A stretch of DNA of 64,000 bases from Phoronis australis (GCA_002633005.1 NMRA01000375.1:260241-324240); one strand, 5' to 3'; counted from the stretch's first letter, positions 36,139-50,016 are shown. Translations and numbers: made by a program. Notes: generated by a model not told the origin, from the sequence alone.

Positions 36139-36568
36139 ATAAAAATACATTATATAACTTAATTGAAAAGCCAGGGTAAACTTGTAGGTGTTCACTGGTG
36201 AAATCCAAATACAAATACCCACTGTAATGAACTTGTGCAAAATTTCAAAGTTGTGTAATATATGCTCTTACCCATGTTTATTGAGCTTGTGCTAACAGGT
36301 ATAATGTGCGACATTCACATATGTTTGAAAAGTATAATTTGAGTTTAATTACTTTCGGACAAGTGTCTTACAGGTCAGGACAAGTAAATTTCATTTCTAC
36401 TTGTCCGATTGGACAAGTTAAAATAAAAGTTAATGTCGAGCCCTGCCGGTTGAGTGACTGAAACGTGTTGTAGACATTTGGCATTCAAAATTGAGTTTCA
36501 AATTAAGCATTCATTTCAATTCCAAGAATTAACTGATCACGCGATCAGATTACATTTTCTTGTGAATA

Positions 36569-38165
36569 CCATAAACTCGCGGGTTAACGCCCTGGGCACT
36601 TAAATTAGGACACTGAGACGGAGCTGGACGATTACCTAAGCAGTGGGCGCTTAAACCGAAAAATTGGCTAAAAGTCGGGGGTGGGCGATTACCCAAGCAG
36701 AGGCCGTTTACGCCCAACTTTTAGCCGAACTGGGCAAGCTCGCGGGTTGTTCGTTCGAGCGCGGAACTTGATCAAACAGGGGGACCCGACAATCACAAAA
36801 TTTCTCACGGCTCAAACAGAAACAGCATTTTGACTTTGAAAGGGTGATTTCACGAGAACGTTGTTAAAAAGTCTGATGTTTTCAAGTATATTAGCGCGCT
36901 GCAAAATTTCATCACGGAGTTTTATGATACTGGAATGTCAGTCCACTTACTGTATCAGCAAGCACTGTTTTAGATCAGTGAACGGGACTACATGTCGTTT
37001 GTAACGCCATTGTATTGTTAGTGTTGTTCGCACGACTGTGTTTGTTGTTCGCACGACTGTGTTTAGTTGTTACCCGTCTGGCCCTGTCTCGTTAATGTTG
37101 TCCGCGTATTAAACCCAATGAACTTACGTTTCTCTGTTTAGTTTATCTGTCGCTGTATTAAAAACACGAACTATTCGTTCCTGTTCTACACAAACCGTTC
37201 CTGACCTACACAAACCGTTCCTAACCTACACAAACCTTTCCTGACCTACACAAACCATTCCTGACCTACACAAACCATTTGCAATTACAATGAGAGGGGG
37301 GGGGTGAATAATTGTTCAATTCCAATGTGATGTGACCCAGGAAATAAATCTATCAAAATCACGTGGTATATGCGTGCAATTACAACGAGAGGAGGGTGTG
37401 AATAATTGTTCAATTCAAATCTGAGGTGACCCAGGAAATAAATCTATCAAAATCATGTGGTCTATGCGTGCAATTACAATGAGAGGAGGGGGGGGTTAAA
37501 TTAATTGGTCATTTCAAATATAGGTAAAAAATCTAGCAAAGTCAAGAGCTCCGTCTGAAAATACATGGTGATATTTCGAAGTTTTACCTGTTCTCGCCAA
37601 ACAATCAGAAAATATGATCTACTGAACTCGAAAAAGCATCAGAAATGGTAAATGGTGTCTGATACGAAAAAATTTAGACTAGGTAATTCGAAAACTTGTT
37701 ACCTAGACAACCTACATCGGTGACGACTGGGAGGTACGCCTAATCTCGTAGTAGACTAGCGTCACTTCTATGAAAATCTACAGATTAGGCCTATGGCTAC
37801 ATTAATTTAACAAAAGATCAGTTGATAAGTTTAAAAAAGGCGGTTGCAGCACTTGAGTTATTCCACAAATGCCGTCTGAAAAACATACTTTTTGAGACAA
37901 TTGTATGCAGGTGTAAGCACACCGTGTTTCCGCAAACATGGAAGTCTGAGCCCGAGGTGAACCTGTGAACAAAAGCACGAGTTCAAGCGCAGGTTCTGTA
38001 AGCGGTAAGTTGGGGATGGGCGATTACCTTAAAAGTGGACGATTACGTAAAATTAGCACAAAGTAGGATATGGCGATTACCCAAGCAGTGGGCGCTTAAA
38101 CTGAAAATTGACCAAGTTGGGGTGGGCGAATACACGGGCATGGGCATTAACCCGCGAGTTTATGG
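36569..38165 (+). mobile_element. TA-flanked non-autonomous DNA transposon (pogo/Tc2-like ends)
   Basis: TIR of about 23 bp CCATAAACTCGCGGGTTAAYGCCC, TA at 36567-68 and 38166-67, subterminal GGGCGATTACCCAAGCAG/GGGCGCTTAAA repeats; internal 20-bp x5 (37187-37280) and about 90-bp x2.5 (37280-37500) tandem repeats. Confidence 0.88.
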
Positions 38166-41100
38166 TATATTGTTTGCTGTCTTGTTAATCCTGGAATAGG
38201 TGGTGTTATAAACATTTCCTGTTTCATCCATATGTGGACTTAATGTCAATGCGGCTAATCCAGTGTTCTTAGTTGATAAAGTGTATCATGTGACTGGTGC
38301 TGGGTGTTACATCCTAATTATAATGTGAGTCATCAGCCTTCAGATACTGGATATTGATTATTGACTTCAGTTTACGAGTTCATAGAAGCTCAGGTGGAAG
38401 ATATTTGAAAAGCACCTTCAAATTGTACCGGTTGGCTGTGGCCTAGTTATACATCTAAAAGATTCCCATTAATGACGGGCTTCTTCTTTTAGTGAATTTT
38501 ATCTTTTTTTTCAATTTCCCCTTATTTTATTTCCAGTTTCCTCAGTTTTCATCTCGTTTATCGTTATTTTGACTTTATTCGTGCAAATGTTTCTTGCAGT
38601 TAAATTTTACAACAAAAAATATTTCTATCTCACAAGCCTATTTATTTGTAGAACGATACATCACCTGGAAAATTTTCCTCTTTTTTGCCATTGGTCATTC
38701 CAAGCCCTGCATGTTTCACTGAGCTTTGTTTGGACCAAAGTCTTGTCGCCACCATTAAATTAAAACTTTTAGAATTGCAGTGGGTCTTAATAAACAGCTT
38801 ATTATTTCGATTCTCTTTGCAGAGGCAGAAAATGTGCTGTATGATTGACCTAGTTTTTTAAAAGTTGATCCAATAACAAACTTCTAATTATGTTGTATAA
38901 TTATAGTGACTGATAAAAGCAGCTGCAGTTAAACAATTGAGGACCCTGCAGATGTGCAACGTTCTAGGCACTGAATGAAAAGCGCCATTGTGGTATTCCA
39001 GTAACTTACGCTTCCACTTAAACATTTATAAAAATCCACTCTCCATGTATGCACTTACCTTGTGACGAGAGAAATTTTATTTTGCCAAGTTTTCAGTAAT
39101 TTTTTCTTTTATTTTCAGTAAGCTGCCTTTTGAAAAAAATAGAAAACTTTGATAATTGTTTATGAGAGAAGTAACTGGAGAACGACTGTATGAGTATGCC
39201 TTGGTGAATAATTTGAAGATTTTTGTGCTTTAAATAAGACGAAAGTGGAAGTTTTCGTGTGGTAGACATTGTCGGATTTTTTCTGAATTACCCATCTAGA
39301 AAGGAATATCAAATGACATATGAGTGTCCGGTATCTAAACCCCCGCGTAGACTTTAATGTCCAATTGGGGTATTGATTTCTTGCCTTATGAAATATATAA
39401 CCTGCTTTGGAAACCATCTTGATACATTTTTCCAGTGGATCTTTGCAATGTTACTTTGGAGCAATTTTGTACATGCTATGGACCCAATCTCTGTTGAAGA
39501 ACCAGTGCTTGATAATTAATTGAGAGCAAAGCAGGTTAAAGTTAGCCTTGCCAAGCACCAAGCTATAACTAATAACCCCATCTTCTACTGAGAGATTAGC
39601 ACCTATCAGGTGCACTGGCTTTTATTAGGATCTGTTTTGTAACGTTTTCCATGTAGTGCTCATTTCAGAGACATCACTTGTCATGCGAAACAAATGATTT
39701 TTATGTTGCTGGGGTTTGTTGAATTTTAAGGCGATGCATATCACAGGCATTTATTTGATAATGAAATGTGCCTGTGGTGTATTGAATTATCTAATGTACT
39801 TTCTCAAATTAGAATGTGTAATTGATGAACAGCATTCAGAAAAGTCAACTTCTCAATTCCTTGTTGTCGTGTATTGATCGTCTTCTTTTTCTTGATATCA
39901 TTAAGGAGTGTTGACTTGAGTTCTGAGACTTATTTAATGGTGTGAGTATATGTAAATTATTCTCATCTCAATCAGTAGCGTACGCCGAGAGTATTTGACA
40001 CTTTAGAGTTAATGAGGGAACTTTTTTGTAATGAAGATATTTTAGTGTTTGTTTTTTTGTCTGTGCTTAGAAGGGAATCATGAAATAGAATTGGAAGAAA
40101 ACTTGATAGAGTATGTTTTAAGTAATTATATTTTTCCAATTATGGGTTCACGAACAGGACATTTAATTGTTTATTGTGCTACTCTGGTTAAAAAATAATA
40201 TTGATCCATATAAACTGGTCATATTTATTGGAATTGTGTGATTCATGATTCACTGGTGCAGACTCACTTCCAGTCTAGAAAAGCATTATTTGAAACTTAT
40301 ATTTCTCACTGAAAATTACCTTTATCAGTATTGGCATGGGGGATTTGGAAAATATACAAATTTTGTTATAAGGGTGGTCACAGGCTAGTAGTAGACTCAT
40401 TAGTGTATCCTAACTTAACTGCACTTTGGGCTATGAAAATGTTGACATTGAACAAGTATCAAGTAGCCAAACACACAGATAATTCAATAAATTTCCGCTG
40501 CGAAGTCGAAAACAGACGTGGCTTGAAGCTTAAGGATCACTGAGAATAGTCAATTAATGACTTTGAAGGTTAAAATTCAAGTCAATGAGGTAACTGGATG
40601 TGTTGAGTGTCTTTTATTTCTTATCTCCTGTAGGTTTCATGGACCAGCAAGATGAGTAAATATCTTGAAATTTTGATTAAAAAATCTGTAAATTCTGTTG
40701 TGACAAAATTCTCATGATGTATAGCTGAACCTGTGGAACTGATACTGTGAGGATAGACAAGGTACTGGGCCTCCTGTGTGGTCTTCTCAATGCTGTTCTG
40801 TGTGTTCTTTTTGCGTAATTAAGTGACAGTTGTTTTTAGTGACTCCATAGGACTGGTAGTGTCCATCTCCCTCCATAAGTCATGACTGACCAATGATCTA
40901 ATCCCCGCTTGGTGCCATTACAGTGCCATTATGCAGATTAGTGTCTGAAATTGCCCCATTGACCTTACAGTTGTGTGCTGGCGGACGTTAATTTAGTTGA
41001 CATGTTGTCCTAGATAGAAAGATGACAGCTAACATGATCTTACTAATGCTCATATACTCAATCATTCAAAAATTAGCATCAATAATCGTGGAACATGGCC

Positions 41101-42649
41101 ATTATTTCTTCTTGACTTTTTCCCTTGGCAACAGTCCATGGAAAACTAATTAACATTTACCATTCTAGGAAATACTGGTAAAGTGTTTCTTTTTCATGAT
41201 TTTATGATTAGATTTTACGCAGCAGTAATAGAGCAGTCCCTCATCAGATTTACCAGTTTAAGTTAACCAAACATGGGCTCTTGGTTTCTGATGCTTTCAT
41301 CAGTTTCGAACATCCATTTCTCTTTGTTGCATAAAGATTTGATGTGCATGAAATTTTTTATGTACATATTTTATGGTCTATGGCAGATTGAACCATGTGT
41401 CAAAAATTTTCATTCTCCACGGTTTCCTGTGTATAATTTCAACAGAAATGGTGGTCATATGGTTATAAAGGATTTGAAGACATAGATTTAGGTTTTCCAG
41501 TCATCGAAGACTCAGAAAGTTCTACAATCTGAAATGGGAGTTACAAATTTATTTGATAAAGGGTGGCGCAGTACAAAATAATATTGATTAGACAAAACAC
41601 TGTTATTTATATCATGACTGCTTATTTCGTTCACAGTGGAAAGGACTGGTAATAAATATAAGGGTGGTTAAATTGTAATTACGGAAAGGGTTTGGGCACG
41701 GTACTAACTTTTGCTAATTATCCACCTTCGTCCTGGGTCTTGAGGGAAGACTACTCTGTTGATGAAGCCAGCTTCTGCCCAGCCGCCATGATAGGGAAAT
41801 CCGGGTCATTTTGTCTGAATAGTTGTTGTTTGCACTGCACCTTAAAAGGGGTCATACGTAAATCTGTGCACATTTTGTAAAAGATCTACTCAACTTAGGC
41901 CCCGCACTGACTTTAAAATCAGTTTCGTTCCTATGGGTAGGATAGGAATACTGACAGGGAGCTACTGCTTTGTACAAAGACCATGACATTGCTTGTCGTG
42001 ATTGGTTAGTTTCAGTGGCCAGTGTAGTATGACCATAGGAAATTGTCAATGGGAGAAATGATAAGAAGGCAATTTTGTTGTTTTGGACCAGCAAACACGC
42101 CCGTAAAGGAAACTGATGCCTTAACACCAGAACTTGGTTTATAATTGCCATAAATGTGGAATTTTAATAGATTTAGAGGTAGACACTTGAACATGGGTTG
42201 GAATTAAGTTCCGTGTGGCTCTCGGGTTATTCTGCGTAATAATGGAATTTTTTGTACTCTTGTGTTGTTCATTACTGGTAGTTGAACATTACAGTTCAAA
42301 ATTAATCTTTACTGTTTATTGTTGTCTGTTCTGTTAAATAAATTAGTTTACATTTGACGTTTGATAGTTTGCGGTTATGAATTTTTCAGTTGTTTTGCAC
42401 AAAAATAATTGCCAAACATTTTGAAAGCTCTTTTTGACAAAAATCCCCAAATTTTGCCTGTGTACTGACTAACTGTTTAGTTGAGTTATTAGTGCGTCTC
42501 GTTTGACAGCCTCGTCTGCTTTGAGTGGCATTCTGCATGTAGCACAACCCATGGCTCACCATCTCAATGACGAATGCTATTACCAAGGTTTTCAAGTACA
42601 GCCAGACCACAGTGTATGTGTTGTACTCATAGCGTGTTGTCTCTTTCAG

Positions 42650-42706
42650 TGATCATCAATCAGGCCAGTGGTCAGAGGTACCTATTTGCACCAATTAAGA
42701 AGAAAG
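42650..42706 (+). other. Isolated exon-like segment (possible 5'UTR or alternative exon of the G-gamma gene)
   Basis: gtctctttcag| 57 nt |gtgagt; strong acceptor and donor. Confidence 0.35.
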
Positions 42707-42819
42707 GTGAGTAAAATGCCAACATCAGACCAATCTTGGCTGGCAGCTTGAGGGGCACTTACATGCATCTATGTATTATAAATTGGAGCACTGTGACACT
42801 GCTGCCCTTCAGCTTCCCA

Positions 42820-43590
42820 ACCAGAGTCACCAGCATTCACATAGACAGGGTTGTTAAGTTTGCCACCGAGGTGGGTGTCGTGCCATCCATTCCCAGCATG
42901 GATGACGCCCTCCTCACTGTCATCTCGGGGGTTTACCATGCCTCACCTGGGCTGTCACCATCCCCATCAAAATTGGCTCTGTTCTCAGCATCTTTTACTC
43001 TGTCGGCACCAGTTGTTACCACCTTAGCCATGATTGTCCCGATCTTACCATTATTGTCACCATGACACTAGAGTTGTCACTGTCTTCACCTTCATTGTCA
43101 CCATCCTACTGTTAATGTCAAGTTGTCCTCACAAGGTTGTTATCATCTCACCAAGATTGTCACCTATATTGTCGTTTTCTTTTTGGTTGTTATCATCACC
43201 ATTATTGCCACGATCCTTGCCATGGTTGTCATCATCTACCAGGTTGTCACCATCTCATCATTATTGTCACTACTAGTATCTTCGCCATGGTTATCACCAT
43301 CTTTTCCAGAGTTGTCACCATTTCACTAGGATTGTCACCTTCCCTAACAAAGTTGTTGTTTTCTGTCACCTTGGTTGTCATCCCCATTACTGTCACAATC
43401 CTCAGCCCTGATTGTCACCATCTCTACCAGGGTCATCACCATCTCACTATTATTGTCACTACCTACACCGTGATTGTCATCATCTCAACCAGAGGTGTCA
43501 CCTCACCACAGTTGTCACCTTCTCCCAGCCTCGTTAGTCTGAGTGTCTTCCTAATGGTTTTCGCCATCTCGCCATTATTGTCACCGTCCC
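42820..43590. repeat. Degenerate TTGTCACCAT-based minisatellite / low-complexity tract
   Basis: Many ttgtcacc(at) cores spaced about 20-21 bp apart. Confidence 0.8.
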
Positions 43591-46380
43591 CTACAGGGAG
43601 CTGTTGTTTCTTTTTGCTCCATCTGCGTATCGTCAGATGAGCTGAGCATTTTATCAGTTATTCCTTCCTAAAGCAATTGGTAAGAATCTGCGAGCTTTCA
43701 AACAACCTTGTCGGCCATAGTGTGCTCCCAGCTAACCCCTGCAGCTGATCCCTTTTTTCTGTGCTTTCTTTATACAGTTATATGGACTGCCCTGTCCTTG
43801 GTTATCTGAATACTCAGCAGGGTGCAGTTTTGAGCTTATGCATGTTGGTGCCTTTATATTGGCTGTGGATGATGGTGTACTATAGGGGCCGGTAGCTGGC
43901 CAACACATTTCAACAAGACACAAGTCATTTATCTATTTAATGGTTGAACGATCTTTTCCAGGTCCGAGAGTGTTGATATTGTGAAAGTTCTCTGGAATTA
44001 AAAGTTTTTAGCAATACCTTATAATGAATATGAAATGATGATAAAATACCAAAGTAAAATACAACTAATTTTGGCAGTGACTACAAGGTGTAGTCCTGCC
44101 TTTGCTTTGACTCCTAGCAGAATTTATCGTAGCTTAATTATGGGGTGAATATTGCAATTCATCTTGGTAGGTTCAAGGGTTCAAGTTGAAATTTACTCAG
44201 GGCAAACAGTGTTAAAGAAGTACTGGACCACAAAAACTTACAGTTAAACTACCTCAAGCACATGTTTACTTGCCTTGCAACCCAACTTCCAGTTTCAAAG
44301 AGGTGTAACCAGTTGTTAAGCCGGTCATTGAAAACACCTGATACATCATTAGCAATTACGACGCCGTTTTTCCAAACTGAACGATATTTTTTCAAATGTG
44401 TAGTGGGCCATTCAAACATGTCTCAATTTGTAGGGATGTTGAAACAGGTCATGGATATGGATGTTTAAATAAAAATATTCAAGAAGTGGAGTGAACATGA
44501 GCACTTAATCTCAAACCCCAAGTGTCTCCCTGGAACCTCTGAATTCAGTAATATAAATTCATTGACTGGGTGGTGTCTGAACAGTGGGCACTTATAGTTA
44601 TGTAATACTCTAGAAAAACTCCACATTTGGCTAACTTGGGAACATGATATCTCCCAAGTGGCTGATCAGATCCACATGAAACATTCAAACACTATCCTTA
44701 ATTCTCTGTTTTCTGAAAAGCTAGTTGGAATTATCCGTAACACTTGTTTACTTTTGCACGAGGGATAGCAAAAATATCATCCTAATGATTTTAAAGGAAA
44801 ATTCAAGTTGCATATAAAACTAAAGCAAATGATATTTTAGAAAACTGTAACACTGGCGTTTCTCTTGAACATTTATATCAAATGAAATTTGGCATGTTAT
44901 TGCCCAATACTGTTGTTTACTTTTAAATGTCCCTATCTTTTTGCTCAGTTTTGCAAAAAATTGCATTGTCGTGTGACCCGATTAATAACACATTATTCCA
45001 AATTAAATTAAAAATTACAGTCTACAGGCTTTCTTCTTTCAGTAAATATGTTCTTTTTCAGAGCTGATTTGTATAGTTTTTTAGATATTTGACTAAGTGG
45101 CACAGATTTGTCGGTAAGGTCCTAAGTAACCTGAATTAAAAATTGTCAAAGCAGGCGATACAAATGTAAGGGGTGGCCGCTTTGTGACCATGTGCGTTTG
45201 ATGGATTATTTCCGGTCGTACATCCCATAACCTGCCACTGATTTAGTGCATTTGTGAATGATGGTGTGATATTTTCTGCGTGTGTTAGCGTGATACAGCC
45301 TCTCAAACCTCAACAGTTTTTTGAAACTACTTAAGTCATAGCAAGGAAAAATTCAATTTGACAAGAAGTCGAAGGTGAATCGAATATGATGTTCATGGTC
45401 CACTAATTTTGTTGAAAACGACAGTCTGTTATATTTGATCTGCATTTTTGCCACAGGTGATCTGAAACAACACGTGCTCTATAAGCTTGGCCACATTATC
45501 AGTTTTGTTCTTCTAAAGGATAAAACAGTTCACTTGATGATAATTTATTTATTTATTTATTTATTATTGTGATATTTAAAATGAGGGTGGCCTCTTCAGT
45601 GGTAGCACTGCTTTCCAAGAGGGCCCTCAAAAGGAACAAGCGTGATTTTTGATTTGCCATGACACTTTGCTCCAAACGTTGCATCGTTTTTTCACTGTAA
45701 CCAAAGTCATTCTTATTCATAGCTCAGCTTGCTCAAAACACTGCTCGATTTTGACATTATGACTAAATTGTGTATGATACTGAACTTTCCAAGTCCGTGA
45801 TACTCGTTTGTGCGTTGGTGTCGAGATTGTGAGAGTACCTGCCACTTTTAGAACACTCCATTTCTGAGAGTGCGGAGAAGAATGCCCCACAACCAGCTAT
45901 GGTACTGCTGACTCCCCTCTAAGGAGGAATGAGCTATTCCAAGGTTGTCGTGAAATGTCATTAGCAGGTGTCAGTGTGTACTGTGGAAATGTAATTAGAC
46001 GCCAGTTGGTCAGCATGTTCAGACAAGGCCTGCAGCAAGAAGGTTGAGGGTGTGACGAGAGTTGAGTGCACCCCATGCATGTGTTGTTGGATCAAGAGAC
46101 TCGAGGTTCGGTTTGATCCGTGTGTCAGGAGTGAAAAACTAACATTGTCACAGAGTTGACCTTTAAAAGTCCTTTGGCGCAGTTCCAGTGATTATCAACC
46201 TCTCCTGTCGCTGTCATGGCACTCGTGAGCCTGAGCTGGTGCTTGAGTTAGTTTTAGAGGCGTTTTTACACTAAAGCTCTCATTGTGTAGTGTAACTGGA
46301 GTGCGGAGAGAGATAGAGAGATAGAGGCGGAAAGAGAAACGTGTTGTTGTTTCCTGAAGTGACAGCAACATCTAAAGAAG

Positions 46381-46408
46381 ATGGCCTCGTCGTTTGGATA
46401 CTTACCAG
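46381..46408 (+). CDS. Candidate first coding exon of G-gamma (MASSFGYLP-G)
   Basis: aagATGG context, ccag|gtaatg donor in phase 1; splices in frame to the acceptor at 47513 (G-K-M-S-Q). Confidence 0.5.
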
Positions 46409-47518
46409 GTAATGTATTCGTGGATTGCATGTTCGCCTTGAAGTATGTTCTGAAGCCTCATTTCCTGTTTCCTTGACATGTTTATCACCTAGATTGTTGT
46501 TCTGTAGTCATTAACCCCCTGTAGTCTGTTATTGTCGTTGTGATGCCACTGCTGTTGGATGCCTGTTTAAAACCAGTGTAGAGAGTTGGTGACTCTTTGA
46601 TGTTTATCTCAACATGGCTACATAGAACATTCTAGAATGAGTAGGAGTTAGAGCGTTGTCATTGAAAACGGACATTTATGAGATGTCACAGTTCTATGAT
46701 GGAGTCGTCCTTTCTTTACTGTTGTAGTACACTTAGACTCCTTTGAACCACCTAACCATTTGCTAGCACGCTTGCTATAACCTGCTTCTGTCGGCTTGCT
46801 TCACCCTGCGCCCTTCACTTTCAGAAAGGGACACAGTTGTACTTTTGTCATTACAACTTGTCAGTGTAACTTTCCATGTGTTATTCTGTTTGACTGTGTT
46901 GTTAATGTCTTTTTAACATTTTGTTCATGTTCCCCAGCATGACTAGTAATGAAAACGTCGGTCGTTATTAGTGTAAGTGTGTCCTGTACTGCTGTGTTAT
47001 CTGGTTATTTTATTAGAGACGCAAGGCGTTTCCATTGTTGTTCGTAATCACTTTGTTACATTAAACCAATTTCACGGGTTTTGCGCCATTAAATTGAATG
47101 CAGTGTGTGTAATGTTGTTACTGACTTGCTAATTATTAACCTCGAGGTGACTTGGTCAACTTTGAAAATAAAATTAACTTGGTACAAAGAAAGTTTGACT
47201 TAAGGCATTATTCGTTCGAAGGTTTGGCCTTAACAGCTGTCACCGTTAATGCATGGTTTCATTTTGAGCTTTGTACGTACAATCTGGCAAGCCTTCGAAC
47301 AGTGGAAAAACGGCAATTTGGGCCATTCTCTGTTCGAATTTAGTACCAGTAAATGAATTAAACCTCCATTCAATAAATCACTGTCAAGAATTAGAAATGT
47401 TGGACCTGTTATGTGTCATCAGTAAATTATGCTAGGGTTTTAGTCCATTTTCGGTTCCAGTCAGGTCCGTCGCCATGTCCTCGGCTATATCGTGCTATTT
47501 GATCTATTGGCAGGTAAA

Positions 47519-47734
47519 ATGTCTCAGGTGAGCGGTGCCAAACTGGAGGCGCAAAGAAAGTTGAGGCATGAGGTGGAAGAATTGCAGGTGCAGAATAAGT
47601 ACCAGCGCACGCGTCTCTCGAGTACCCTTAGGGAGCTCGTTGAGTACTGCCAACAGAACGTGGAGGAGGACGCACTTGTTTACCCGCGCAAAGAGAACCC
47701 ATTCAAGGAGAAACGATCGTGCTTAATACTGTAA
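47519..47734 (+). CDS. Heterotrimeric G protein gamma subunit
   Basis: MSQVSG...EVEELQVQNKYQRTRLSSTLRELVEYCQQNVEEDALVYPRKENPFKEKRSCLIL: GGL-domain pattern, NPF motif, CaaX CLIL (geranylgeranylation type); acceptor ggcag ends at 47513; AATAAA 47917-47922. Confidence 0.93.
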   Translation: MSQVSGAKLEAQRKLRHEVEELQVQNKYQRTRLSSTLRELVEYCQQNVEEDALVYPRKENPFKEKRSCLIL

Positions 47735-49038
47735 AGAGAGCCACCTGTATTCCGTCTTAAAGCGGCAGTAAACCCGCGTTCCGTCGAAGAAACTTAATTT
47801 TGATTTAGACCTCTCGCTGCTGTAAAATTGGTCTCGCTTGTTTCTTACTCAGATGATGTATTTCTTTGGTCTTGTAGATAATCAGAGTTTGCTATTTAAA
47901 GTCACCGTGCTCCATAAATAAAATGACATGCTACAAGAGAACCTGAAGGGCCTGGTCTCTGGCAATAATCAACTGTCAGTTTTTTGTTAGCCCAAGAAAT
48001 TTACCTATTTTGACTATGCTATAGTTTGAGACCAATTTCCTAACAGTAAGTGGTCTAAATCAAGGTTGTTATGACTTAAAATGATATTAGTAGCCTAAGT
48101 AATACGGACTGTAGTTTCTCTTGATATTGTTAATGTACAAGTTTATTTATGGTGGAGGGTCTTCTTTGCAAGGCCGATGCAGTGTTGTTTAATATTCTTT
48201 GCGGGTTGATGGATTTCAGTGTTTGACGTACTTTGTTAAGGCAACTGTTTTCTCATGTCATGGTTTTGTTTCCAAGGTCAATGGATGTGATCTTGGCGAT
48301 GCTCACATTCCATAGTGACACAGATGGTGCAGCAATGAAATGGTCAAGTGCTGGTGTTTTATTGAATCTTAGATATCAGTCGTCTATGTAAACCGGAGAT
48401 CGTTACAAGACCTAGACATTTTAATGGCTGATTTATGATGACAATGTAGCTACTGAGAAAAGCAATGGAAATTATGTCGTTGTATTGAGATTTTACAGAT
48501 TAGAGTTATGCTAGGGAATAGTAATAGGTTGTAGGTAAATTTAATCTTCGTAATGAAAGTCTCAGCCTGGCTTGGTTAGGATGAACACTTTCTGCTTGGC
48601 ACACGTTATGGTAGTGTATTTCAGTTTTGGCAAATTTCTTAAAAATAATCCTCAAAAATTTTGAGCATTTTGAAGCTCTATGTAATTAGTGCTTGAACTA
48701 TGAAAAGGTTGTTATTTTTGCATTTCACTTTTTATAATGTAATTCCTATACTCTGCCATGAACTGTCCTGAAGTGTGTACTTTGAGGGAGTGTGTTTGAG
48801 ACTAATTCGGGGATTTCATCTATGGTGCTGCTGTCACTTTTTAAATGTATTGTGGGACTTTCTTCATTACCTAAAACGCAAACTATAAATCAGGCGTGCG
48901 TTCAGTAAAGCTAGGACTTAGCTAAAATCTAGTCAAAGTCATATGTTCCATTTCAAAATACACGGCAAAGTCTCGCGTTATCTCGCAGTCTTGCATTTTA
49001 GCGAGGTTCTAGCACTACTGAACGGGAGGCAGGTCTCC

Positions 49039-49203
49039 TGTAATGTCACTGGAGGTTTATGTCCCACAATGCATCCTAACTTTGAAACATCCTCAAACTC
49101 ACACATCCCACTCATCTGTGATGTCACGGGAGGTTTACGAGCCAACGATCGCCCCACAATGCATTCTAACTTTGAAACATCCTCAAACTCGCTCATACCA
49201 CTC
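49039..49203. repeat. Two-copy tandem repeat (about 80-90 bp)
   Basis: atgtcac.ggaggttta...cccacaatgcat.ctaactttgaaacatcctcaaactc repeated. Confidence 0.8.
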
Positions 49204-50016
49204 GTGAAAAGCTGTGCCACGTCAGTGAACAGACTTAAGGATAAAATCACAAGGTGCCTTTGTACTCTCGCATTGATATTCCAATTTAGTTGTTAGCACA
49301 TCACAGTTTTGTAGTGATGTAGTGTACGAGGTAGTAATTAACCAGCAGTGATGGGTATGTTTTTAGAGACTTAGTATGTTGCTGTCCGAAGTGAAATTGA
49401 TTAATTTTCAGAAATAGCCGGAGTGTTTAGACCAAATTTCACTTCAATGAAATGGCCATGGAAAAACTGGAATTTAAAAAAAAAATGAGTTTCTGAAGTT
49501 CATTGAAAGCTAATGGACAATGCAGAACTTGGATTTTTTTCAATTAAGGTGAATGAAATCCTCATTGCTAGTCATATCACAAGTACATGTATTTATTTAC
49601 TCTTAGCAACAATCAGAGTGCTTTCTGCTATGTAAAGAAGCATAACTGGCAAAAAGGGAAATTAAGGCAAAATAGCAGTTTGATTCTGGTTTCTACTCCA
49701 ACTCATTTTGACAAATGCACTCACCTATTCAAAATAGAGAACTTACTGGTGCATAATTAGTCTCTGTTAGAAAAAAACGGACAATTCATTATTCTTTGAT
49801 CACACACAACGCATAAAATGATGTGATGTGATAATCCAACTTGTACAGCCTGGTCTCGATCACTAACTGTTCTTTTGAAGCATTAAAATCATCTGCAGTT
49901 TGACTAAGGAACAGTCGAAGACCAATATTTCATAACTGTAAGTGATCCAAATCATAAGTCGTTATTTGTGGTGGGAGGCGGGATGATGGACACTTAAACA
50001 GATAACTGTTGCTTTT

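Larger units (their letters stand above)
33021..36445 (+). mobile_element. hAT-type transposon relic containing nested insertions
   Basis: TIR CAGGGCTCAACATTAAC / GTTAATGTCGAGCCCTG; subterminal GGACAAG/CTTGTCC repeats at both ends; internal TTF-type zinc-finger remnant; no clear 8-bp TSD. Confidence 0.8.

Noticed and set aside
42736-43640. His-rich, Ser/Pro-rich and hydrophobic ORFs (up to 167 aa)
   Set aside because: Overlapping ORFs in several frames of a low-complexity repeat; no splice or domain support.
46398-46414. ATACTTACC resembling the U1 snRNA 5' end
   Set aside because: Similarity stops after 9 nt; no U1 stem-loops or Sm site follow.
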